A DNA stretch of 64,000 nucleotides from Andalucia godoyi And28. Taxonomy: Eukaryota > Protista > Jakobida. Made by a program: the position numbers and the translations under genes. Numbering within the stretch: position 1 is the stretch's first letter; the number at the start of each line of letters is the position of its first letter. This document shows, in pieces, positions 54,893 to 64,000 of the stretch. The notes under the pieces are model-generated. The model ran no database searches. It worked only from the letters and a program-made list of their open reading frames with translations, and was not told the DNA's origin. The stretch lies in contig VRVR01000003.1 in the NCBI GenBank assembly GCA_009859145.1, forward strand, positions 381,315 through 445,314, read 5' to 3'.

Positions 54893-57800
54893 ATGCTGAT
54901 TGGTGGTGTGGATGTGCAGTTCCCATCGGATGTGAAGCCATATCCTTCGCAGGTCGCTGTTGTCTCGCGAGTATGTATCCAGTGGCTCCTGTTTTTCCGC
55001 CGCATTTCCCCCGCTTCTTATTCTTATTCTTATTCTTATCCCTATTCTTATTGTTCCTCTTCAAGGTTCCAATGCTGACGCATTTTGTAAAACGGAGTGG
55101 ATAGATAATAAAAGCACTTGATGGGAAGCAGCATGCTTTACTGGAGTCACCTACAGGAACTGGAAAGTCCCTTGCGCTGATTTGTGGTGTGCTGTCGTGG
55201 GTTGCGCGGTACAAGAGACGCAAGCTGCGGCAGCTCGTCAAAGAAGCGCTGGTCGCACAGCTCAAGGCCCCCGAGCACAATGATCATACGACGCAAGGGA
55301 TCTCGCAAGAAGAGTCGTGGGCTCAAGTGATTGAAATTGCAAAGCGCGAGTACGAAGGAGATCTCATTCCGGCAGAAGCAATGGGCAAGAAGCCGTTGAT
55401 GGAGATCACCGAGGCCCAAGTGGACAAGGAAATTGAACAGATGGAATCGGTTGGATTCCTCAGTAGATTCGAAAGACTTGTTCGGGCACCAAAAGTTTTC
55501 TTTTCCTCTCGAACACACTCTCAAATCCAGCATCTCATTGCGGAACTCCGTCGAACCCCCTTCCGTCCCCGAATGACTCTACTCGCCTCGCGAGACCATC
55601 TGTGCATCAATGACAAGTTGATGCAGTCTGTTAAGAGATCTGGCAGCGCTAAAGCAAAAAGAGATGGCGCAAAATTGTCCAAGAATGAAGCGTGTCACGA
55701 GCTGCTGGACACGCGAGGCTGTTTCTATCAGAAGCAAGCTTCTCGGCTGGAAAAGCACTCAAAGATTCGATCATTCCAGCCGTTTCTGCGCATGCCGCCT
55801 CCGTCGTCAAGTGCCTTCAAAGATTTGGAGTCGTCAGGAACGGCGGCGAAAGAAGAGTCCAAAGCTGCAGATTTCATGGACATGAGTGTTCCTACCGATG
55901 CTGGCATCTTCGATCTCGAAGAAATCGTCAGCATTGGACGCTCCGAAAGAGCGTGCCCTTATTTTGCTTCTCGAGAGCTCGTTGACGATTCCGACATTGT
56001 TTTTTGTCCATACAACTACCTTGTCGAACCGAGCGTAAGAGCATCCATGCAAAGCGCATTGAAGAACGCAATTGTTGTAATTGACGAGGGCCATAACTGG
56101 GAAGATGTTTGTCGAGAGGCAGCCTCCGTTGAAGTAGAATGGATATCTCGGTTGGAAGAATCTGCACGAGAATTGAAAGGCGCCGCCGATCTTGGGTTTC
56201 TCGTCAACGAGTGTCGAGCCCTTCACTCCGTCGTCGTCCCGCTCGTGGATTGGTGCAAAACACAATCTGCTTCTCTGGAGTCGACTCATTGGAGCAAGGA
56301 TGGAGTCGGAAGCATCTCGGGCGGTGGCAACGGTGCCGAGCGAGTCTTTTCAGGCTGGGATTTGGTGGCAATGTGGGAACATGCCGGCGTTCTCACTGCC
56401 GCAACCATGCCTTCCGTGCTCGAGGCGGGCAAAGCGATCGGAGAGTATAACAATAGCGTCTCTTCGTCTTCCAAAGGCGGAAGAGCTGGAAAAGCCGACA
56501 CAAAACTGGATGCAGAGGAACGGATCCCGATTTCTCCCGCCAGTTTAGCACTGCTGGAATCACTGTTCAGCACGCTGACGTTCATGTATCTCCCAGCTCT
56601 CGAGCATGCGGGCGATTTTCATGTCCGACTCTCTGCGACGCGCTTGGGAATCTGGTGCTTGAACCCGTCTGTGGCATTTGGCCCGCTTCGCAATGATGTC
56701 CATTCTGTGCTTATCACGTCTGGAACCTTGTCTCCGATGCTCTCTTTCTCATCGGAGTTAAGCACTCCATTTCCTCACATCTTGGAGGCGCCCCATGTTA
56801 TCTCCCCAGCAGATGACGTGCTCGTGTATGCAATGGAGCGTGGCCCCGGCCCCAGCTACACACACGTTACCCTCGAGGGAACGTACCAAAAGTCTGCAAA
56901 TGACATGGCATATCGTGACGCAATAGCCGAGTCCGTCTGCTTGATATGCGAGAATGTTCCCGCTGGTGTTCTGTGTTTCTTTCCGTCGTACCATTCACTG
57001 CGAACGCACCTTCAGCGCTGGAAGTCCACTCCGCGAATTTGGCAGAGAATTCAAAAGGCGAAGCCACTGGTTCTCGAGGAACCCAGCCTTTTCTCGTCCA
57101 CCCAACATCAAGAAGCTGATGAGAATGACAACCCACAGGCAAGCAGTTTTGAAGGTGTGATTTCTGCCTATCATGCGCAAATTCGAAGTGGTGGTGGAGC
57201 ATTGTTACTCGCTGTTTGTCGTGGAAAGATTTCGGAGGGCATTGATTTCCCTGACGACCTTGCGCGGGCTGTCATTATTGTCGGAATTCCGTTTCCGAGC
57301 ATTAAAGACAGCCGCGTGGATGCGAAGAAGAAGTACAATGACTCTTTGGTGTCCAAGCGCGGGTTGCTTGATTCGCAGACTTGGTACACGCTGCAAGCAT
57401 TCCGCGCATGCAACCAAGCAATGGGCCGCGTTGTTCGTCACCAGCGCGACTTTGGGACCGTGTATCTGTTGGACTCCCGTTTTGCACGGTACCGGGGCTA
57501 CCTCTCCAAATGGGTTCAGAAGGCTCTTCGTCCAGTCTCAGCATGGAATGACGCGCTGCAGACCACTCGTGCATTCTTCGATGCAAAGAAGCATATGGAA
57601 ATCGAACGAAGAGAGCAGGCTTCTGCTGCTGCTCCAGTTGTTGCAGCCGAGCCAGCGCTAGATATTTCCAAGGATCAGCCGGTGCCGCTGGATGCACACG
57701 TGTTTTCTGATGTCCGAAGTGCCCCCGTGTTGGTTCCAGCAGAGTATGAAAAGGATGGAGATGGCGACGAAAAAGGAAAAGACAAGGTGCAGCAGAACAG

Positions 57801-58650
57801 ACAAGAACCGGAGCAAGAACGAGAGCACGCGGCTGGTGCAGAAGCATGGGGAGGGTTTTTGCCAGCAAGTGCGGAAGTGTTGCATGAGAATGCGTCGTCG
57901 TCGAGACGTGATTCTGGGGCCATGGAGCATAGATCGGAAGAGCAGAATGATGTGGACGCAGATGCAAGCCATTTCAAGGTTACGGAAACATCGGATCCTG
58001 CATCAGTCGCCACGGAAGTTGCGTCCGAAGAAACCAGCAGCACAATCGCATCGCCTGCATCCAAGTCCGCTCCCACTCCTCACCATCATGTTGGCAGCCG
58101 CGCCCGGCCCGATGATGTGCCACAGATCGTTCGCATAATCCGGCCTGGCTGCAAGGCTTCTTCCGTTTCCATCACGCAGGTCATTTCCAGTCTGCAGCGA
58201 CTGTCGCAGGAGGTCCTCATTCAGGATGCAGGGTACCGCATTTCCATTTCTTCTTCTCAGCCTGCACGCGAGACGGCGGCTGCGTTTTGCGATGTGTGGG
58301 TGCGGGTGTTCATCAACTCGACCAACGAGGTCGCCTCGTTAGCAGAGCTTTCCACCACAAAACAGCTGGTGGTGCTTCCTTCTGACCAATCGACGAATGT
58401 CTGGATTGTTCACGGGACAAGAGATGGTGAAGAAACTGTGCCCAATGGGCTGTCTCCAAACTTGCAGATGGAAGACATTGTCGAACCGCTCATTTTGAAA
58501 GCATGCAGCAGCTCGCAGTTGTCGAATCCTGCTCGAAAACGGATGCTTTCCGATCTCGATGATTTCGTTTCTTCCGAAGATGAGAGTGACTTGTTCCAAA
58601 TGACCGAAGACACCTCCAATAAGAAGGCCCGCAGTCGTTTCCGCTGCTGA
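54893..58650 (+). CDS. BRIP1: Fe-S DEAH helicase of the XPD/Rad3 family, FANCJ/BRIP1-like; exons 54893-54970, 55105-58650
   Basis: FP..KPYPSQ, LESPTGTGKSLAL, SRTHSQI, SRDHLCIN, ACPYF, CPYNYL, IDEGHN, TSGTLSP, CRGKISEGIDF and NQAMGRVVRH motifs. Confidence 0.88.
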
Positions 58651-58859
58651 GTGCGTATCGTGTGAAGTGTTCTTTCTCTCTCTCTCTCTCTCTCCTTCTT
58701 TGTCGGCCGTCTCTCGTTGTCCCCTTCCCCGAAGCCTTCTTCAGAATAACTGAATGGGAAAAGAAAAAGAAACAACAACAATAACAAAAACACTAGCATG
58801 TATGCACAGATGTTCAAGAATAAAGCATGCGCTGCAGCGATATCCCAAAGACAGGCCGG

Positions 58860-60014
58860 CTAGGAGGGATATCGAGCCTCCACGCTGGCCCAATCCACAG
58901 GTTCGCATGCCTTCTTCACAATTTCAGCCACAGTCATTTCTTGATGCGCCTTGGTATCAGAAAGAACTTGTCTCCAGATGCGAGCGCCGCCAATGCCATT
59001 GAGCAAAGACAGCAATGGCTTGGCAAGAACACGAAAAGGAGTCTCATTGTCGCAGACTTCTCGTTCCATATGATCCTGATAAAGGGCTACGATATCTCTT
59101 ACCGTTCGAGACGCAGAAACCGACTGCATTCCACTGAAAAACAGTCTGTCCACACGCCGAAGTACCAGCGTGTCCGCCGTAACTGCTCGCCCGAGCATCA
59201 CTCCATCGACGTGCTCGAGCTGCTGCTGACCTGCATCCAGATCTCCAATTCCCCCGTTGAGAGTGACGTGAAACTGCGGAAGCTCCCTTTTCAGTCTATG
59301 TACAACATCGTACTGCAGACGCGGTATCTTGCGGTTCTCGTCCGGCGTCAAGTCAAACCCCAAGATTGCCTTTCGCGCATGGATTGTGAACTTGTCCACG
59401 CCTGACAATCGATGTACAGTCTCGAGGAAATTCTTCACAAATGCATACATGCGCTCATCCTCCTCCCGTTCCTGCACCATCTCCCGATTCGCCTCGCATA
59501 CCACCACTTCCTTCCCTTCAGAACGAGCAGACTCTGACTTTGTGAGCACTGCTCTCCGGAACGCTGCCTTTGTATGCTTCGTGCAATCAAACATCTCGAT
59601 CCCAATTCGGCACTTGACGGAAATATCAATTGAACACGCACGTGCCATGGCATCCACACACCGTCCGACTCGTTCTGCATCTGCCATCAGCGAGGCCCCA
59701 AAATCGCCTGCGCAAGCTCGATCCGACGGGCAGCCGCAATTCAGATTAACGCCATTGAATCCCGCTTGCTCGACCATCCGAGCGCACCTTGCAAGTGTCT
59801 CAGGATCGCATCCACCAAGCTGAAACACCACCGGATCCTCATTCACTTGCTTCTGCAAGGATAGTCGCCTCGTGTGCTCAACTCCTTTCAACAGCGACCC
59901 CACCGATACCATTTCCGTATATAGTGCCGCATGGTCCGATACTAGCCTGCACAACGTCCGCATGTGCGTGTCCGTATACGCAAGCATTGGCGCAACCGCA
60001 AACCGATGCTTCAT
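58860..60014 (-). CDS. dusA: tRNA-dihydrouridine synthase, bacterial DusA type
   Basis: APM..YTD, YTEM, QLGG, NLNCGCPS, FGASLM, SVKCRIGI, IHARKAILG..LTPDENRKIPRLQYDVVHRLKRELP, NGGI and DGVMLGRA. First ATG at 60014; the frame is open to 60050. Confidence 0.9.
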   Translation of the reverse strand: MKHRFAVAPMLAYTDTHMRTLCRLVSDHAALYTEMVSVGSLLKGVEHTRRLSLQKQVNEDPVVFQLGGCDPETLARCARMVEQAGFNGVNLNCGCPSDRACAGDFGASLMADAERVGRCVDAMARACSIDISVKCRIGIEMFDCTKHTKAAFRRAVLTKSESARSEGKEVVVCEANREMVQEREEDERMYAFVKNFLETVHRLSGVDKFTIHARKAILGFDLTPDENRKIPRLQYDVVHRLKRELPQFHVTLNGGIGDLDAGQQQLEHVDGVMLGRAVTADTLVLRRVDRLFFSGMQSVSASRTVRDIVALYQDHMEREVCDNETPFRVLAKPLLSLLNGIGGARIWRQVLSDTKAHQEMTVAEIVKKACEPVDWASVEARYPS

Positions 60015-60573
60015 CCATGGACAATTGTTCCCTGAAACCACACCGACCACTCTTAGTCACGCTAGTCGACCCAAAAAACCAAAAAACCAAAAAACCAAAA
60101 AACCAAAAAAAGAAAAAGGAAAAAGGAAAAAAGAGCGAAAGCGATCGTAGTGCAAGCGGTCGAGGACTTTCAAGAATATTATTATAACAAAAAGGAAATG
60201 AAATCCCTCCAGGAAAGTGCCAGTATCAAGCATCAAGGATCAACTCTCGGTCGTCACTTGAAGTTTTCCGAATAGAAAATGACACTCTCAAATCATATTC
60301 ATCACACAACATGCATGCGCACACCTGTCTCTTTAGGGAAATTTCCTCGATTTTCCCCTTGAAAATCATCATCCTTAAACGAAGCCTTATTCGTTCTTTT
60401 CTTTTTAAATTTTTAAAATGTTTCATAAATAAATATATTTTTCTCGTTTTTCCTTCTTTTTTCTTTCATCTTACTTCCTGTCCATTGTATTTTTCATACA
60501 CTCATTTACACACACACACGCACACACACACACACTCTCTCTTTCTTTCTTTGCATAGTTGTTACACACATCA

Positions 60574-61180
60574 ATGTCGAATCAAGCAGCGTTGCTTCTC
60601 GGAAGACAGCTTAAAGGTATGCAATATCATCATCACAGTGCGAAATTATTCATTCTACTTGGCTCTGTTATTTGCTCATGTCTGATTGAACTTATTTTTT
60701 ATTTTTTTTGATTAATGTGTAGAGCTTCAAAAGAATCCCGTTGAAGGGTTTTCGGCTGGTCTTGTGGATGAATCGAATCCTTTTGAATGGGAGATCTTTA
60801 TTATAGGGCCTCGAGACACGTTGTTTGAGGGCGGGTTTTTCAAAGCGCGCATGTCGTTTCCTCGCGACTATCCAAATATGCCGCCGAAGATGGCGTTTGT
60901 GTCGCGAATGTACCATCCAAATGTGTATCCTGATGGCCGAGTGTGCATTTCGATCCTGCATGCGCCGGGAGACGACGAGTTTGGGTACGAGTCGGCGGCG
61001 GAACGGTGGTTGCCAGTCCACACGGTCGAAACAATCTTGCTGTCTGTCATAAGCATGCTTTCGTCGCCCAATGCAGACTCGCCCGCCAACCTAGAGGCTG
61101 CAAAGGAGTACAGGGACTCGTATGAAACCTTCAAAAAGAAGATCTCAAGACTCGTTCGCGACTCGCAAGAAAACCTCTAA
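60574..61180 (+). CDS. UBE2G1: Ubiquitin-conjugating enzyme E2 G1/Ubc7; exons 60574-60616, 60723-61180
   Basis: AALLLGRQLKELQKNPVEGFSAGL, YHPNVYPDGRVCISILH with the acidic-loop insert, and ERWLPVHTVETILLSVISML. Confidence 0.96.
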
Positions 61181-61493
61181 AGAAGAGAAGAAGAAGATAT
61201 CCAAGCTCTCGTCCCTTTTTTTCCTTTTCTTCTCTTACCGGTTTCTTGTCTTTGTTGCTGCTGGTGTTTGATAGGGATGTTCTTTCGTGTATTTCTTTGC
61301 CGTTCAGGTTTCCAAATGTCTCTTTCTCGTTTCTCATGTTCATCTTCATTTTCTTCTTCTGAACATACCTTTGTTTTGTATTCAGTCCATCTTCCTTTTT
61401 TTTTTTTTTTTGGTTCATGTAAAGTATCGCAAGTATTTTTTGGGCTTTGTTTTCACCATGCGAAAGAAGAGGATGAACCGAGCGACATCATTT

Positions 61494-62885
61494 TTACAAT
61501 GACTGGTCAGCAAGAAAGTGTGAGAAGAGGTAGAAGGCACGCTCGGGCTGAGTTCCCGGGACCATATGTCCAGCGCCGCGGACGGTAGAGAACATGAGAT
61601 TGTTCTTGAACTTGACCACGAAACCGCCGACTTCTGCCGAGTCCGAGATCCACGGTCTCCACGGCTCCACGACCACCGGCTGCAGTTCGTGGTTGATCCA
61701 CGCGCGTGTCCCTGGATGCGGGACAATGCCATCGATCGATCCCGAGTAAATAATCATGCGGATTCCCGAGGTGAGCAAAGACTGGTAGACGGGAACGACC
61801 GACGTAAGAAGGTCCTTGTAGGAGTACTGGACAAGGTTGGAGCAATCTGTCCATGGAACATACGAGTCGGTTGCGTGAATCGCATGCTGAACGTCCTGTC
61901 GGTTCATGTACTCCTGGGTCCAGGAATCAATGCACGGCGAAGCAGGTTCGTCCTTGAACGAGATTCCACGTGCGCGCATAAACTGCTTGGTGTGCGCCTC
62001 CATCGTCGAATGGCAGCTGTCCTCGAGAATCTGGTAGATATTGATGTTGTTGAACATGGCCATCGCCTGGTTGGTCCACACATCGCAGTCGTCATTGGAC
62101 GCGTATCCATCGAACGCATCGGACTGTACCTTGCGCAGCGGTCCAATCACGGAAAAGTTGCAAAACTTCATCATGTTATCGTGAATCTGCTCCGAGATGA
62201 TCGCATTGTAAAACCACATGTCCACCGCACCGGCATTGTCATAGTGAGCATCCGTCCATGGATTTCCAGCCAAGAACCCCTTCAGGTTGATCTGTTGGTC
62301 TGCGCCGACTTTTGCGTTCTGATCCAAAATTTCCCGTGCAAGCTGCGGAACATAGTGCCCTGCATAGGATTCGCCACTTGCGAAAAACCGATTCTGGCGA
62401 TACTGCGGAAACATGATGAAGAACTGCTCGAGAAACGCCCACGTGTCGTACGCGGTTTGCGCATCGCCGATTACATATTCCGAAGTATTAGTGCTGTAGG
62501 AGAATCCCACGCCAACAGGGCTTTCGATAAAGATCACGTTTGCCACGCGGTTCCACGAGTACGGGTTAACTTGGAGCGTCTTCCCCCCGTCCGTGGGCCA
62601 AAAAGGACCTTGTTCTGTCAGGAAAGCACCAATTGATGAGCATCCAGGGCCGCCAGAAGTCCACGAAACCACTGGATCCGTCGCAGGATCGTTCTGAGAC
62701 TCTACAAACCAATAAAACGTGTTCTTTGTAGCAGAAATCGGAACATGTCCAGCATACATCTTGAACGACGGCATCTGAGAAAGACCCGGAAGCGAAGTAA
62801 TCAAATGATCACGTGGATCCGGCGCTCCGTGTCCAACACTCAAAACACTCGCGATCAGCACCGCGAAAAGCACCGCACGCATCAT
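61494..62885 (-). CDS. Serine carboxypeptidase, peptidase S10
   Basis: Signal peptide, WTSGGPGCSS, ESPVGVGFSY, GESYAGHY, YSGSIDG and VRGAGHMVP catalytic motifs. Confidence 0.96.
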   Translation of the reverse strand: MMRAVLFAVLIASVLSVGHGAPDPRDHLITSLPGLSQMPSFKMYAGHVPISATKNTFYWFVESQNDPATDPVVSWTSGGPGCSSIGAFLTEQGPFWPTDGGKTLQVNPYSWNRVANVIFIESPVGVGFSYSTNTSEYVIGDAQTAYDTWAFLEQFFIMFPQYRQNRFFASGESYAGHYVPQLAREILDQNAKVGADQQINLKGFLAGNPWTDAHYDNAGAVDMWFYNAIISEQIHDNMMKFCNFSVIGPLRKVQSDAFDGYASNDDCDVWTNQAMAMFNNINIYQILEDSCHSTMEAHTKQFMRARGISFKDEPASPCIDSWTQEYMNRQDVQHAIHATDSYVPWTDCSNLVQYSYKDLLTSVVPVYQSLLTSGIRMIIYSGSIDGIVPHPGTRAWINHELQPVVVEPWRPWISDSAEVGGFVVKFKNNLMFSTVRGAGHMVPGTQPERAFYLFSHFLADQSL

Positions 62886-63295
62886 CTTTCTCCGTTTTCT
62901 TTCTTTCTTTTTCAGCTTAACAAAAAATAAAAAATTCAGAGAAGAAGAATTTTAAATTTAAAAGAAAAACCAGTAAAACATGGAAGAAGAAACTCTGCAT
63001 ATCAAGAAGAAATATGAAATCAGCCCGAGTCTTTTGAGGGGGAAAAAGGGTAAGAGAGAAACGAGGAAAACCCCAGCTGGATTTGGGGAACAGCAATGCA
63101 TCAATTGATCCTGTAATGCTTCCGAGCTTTCCAGTCTCAAGCCCAAAGTCTCAAGTCACAACCGTCTCTCATTTTTTCCGTTCTCTTTAGCAAACTGAAG
63201 GGTTTTTGGATTTTGAATCTCCCTTTTTCTTTTTGATTTATTATTTCCTGATCTGTTTTTGATTTTGGTTTGTTTGGAGAAGGGGAGTAATTGAG

Positions 63296-64000
63296 ATGAA
63301 TACTGAGTCGCGTGTTGGTGCTCCGACTCGTGAGACGGTTCTATGCTTGTTTGATGTGGATGGGACGCTTTCGCTTCCTCGAAAGCTTGCGACGGCCGAG
63401 ATGCTTTCGCTGTTGGCTGATTTGCGCAAGATAGCGACGACTGCGGTTGTTGGCGGCTCTGATTTTGAAAAGCAGAAAGAGCAGCTTGGAGAGCATATTC
63501 TGTCGAACTTTGACTATGTGTTTTCGGAAAATGGACTACGTGCATTCAAGGACGGCAAGGAGTTTCATCGACAGTCGATCAAGCATTATTTGGGAAACGA
63601 GCGGATTGTGCAGTTTGTGAATTACTGCCTTCGGTACATCGCGGACTTGGACATTCCTGTGAAGAGAGGGACGTTTATCGAGTTTAGAAACGGAATGATC
63701 AATGTGTCTCCCATTGGCCGAAACTGCTCGCAGGACGAGCGAGACGAGTATGAAAAGATGGACTTGGCTCGTGGCATTCGGAAGCGCTTTGTCGAGGATC
63801 TTCGGCAGAAGTTCCCTGAGTTTGGGCTTCGGTACTCCATCGGTGGACAGATCTCATTCGACGTGTTCCCCGAGGGCTGGGATAAGACGTACTGTTTGCA
63901 GCATGTCCAGGAGTGCGCGTTCAAGGAAGTACACTTTTTCGGTGACAAGACCATGCCTGGCGGTAACGACTATGAGATTTACACACACCCAGCCACCATC
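63296..64000 (+). CDS. PMM: Phosphomannomutase (HAD-IIB), 3' end outside the window
   Basis: [60 protein letters not shown] and FFGDKT..GGNDYEI. Confidence 0.97.
   Translation, partial: MNTESRVGAPTRETVLCLFDVDGTLSLPRKLATAEMLSLLADLRKIATTAVVGGSDFEKQKEQLGEHILSNFDYVFSENGLRAFKDGKEFHRQSIKHYLGNERIVQFVNYCLRYIADLDIPVKRGTFIEFRNGMINVSPIGRNCSQDERDEYEKMDLARGIRKRFVEDLRQKFPEFGLRYSIGGQISFDVFPEGWDKTYCLQHVQECAFKEVHFFGDKTMPGGNDYEIYTHPATI

Noticed and set aside
60230-60310. Possible C/D box snoRNA on the minus strand (GTGATGA box C)
   Set aside because: No CTGA box D or terminal stem at a suitable distance.

Overview
Compact, gene-dense eukaryotic DNA from a flagellated, probably aerobic protist. The evidence is axonemal genes, a sterol C5-desaturase, a mitochondrial ACP and carrier, the standard genetic code, and a few short GT-AG introns near 5' ends. 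About 28 protein-coding genes can be modelled by eye: the 5' 11.1 kb of an intronless DNAH6-like axonemal dynein heavy chain, ArfGAP-PH-PH, CFAP92-like, NEK kinase, CSTF2, a 7TM protein, ERG3, EI24, an ATG15-like lipase, a TTLL glutamylase, CFAP73/CCDC42-like, RFC2, SLC25A39/40, RAD9, MAT1, mtACP, DNAL4, RRS1, TK1, FANCJ, bacterial-type DusA, UBE2G1, an S10 carboxypeptidase, PMM and several orphans. The most notable feature is absent from the ORF track: a frameshifted, internally deleted Fanzor (eukaryotic TnpB-like, RNA-guided nuclease) remnant at ~21.27-22.21 kb, followed by hairpins where an omegaRNA would lie. A second unexplained signal is a dispersed family: two 98.7%-identical ~550-bp copies (24.3 kb and 37.2 kb) plus an inverted, diverged third segment (31.5 kb) sharing a cryptic peptide motif (KQYDFxTVVKSGISF). 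All family assignments come from motif recognition by eye; no database search was run.
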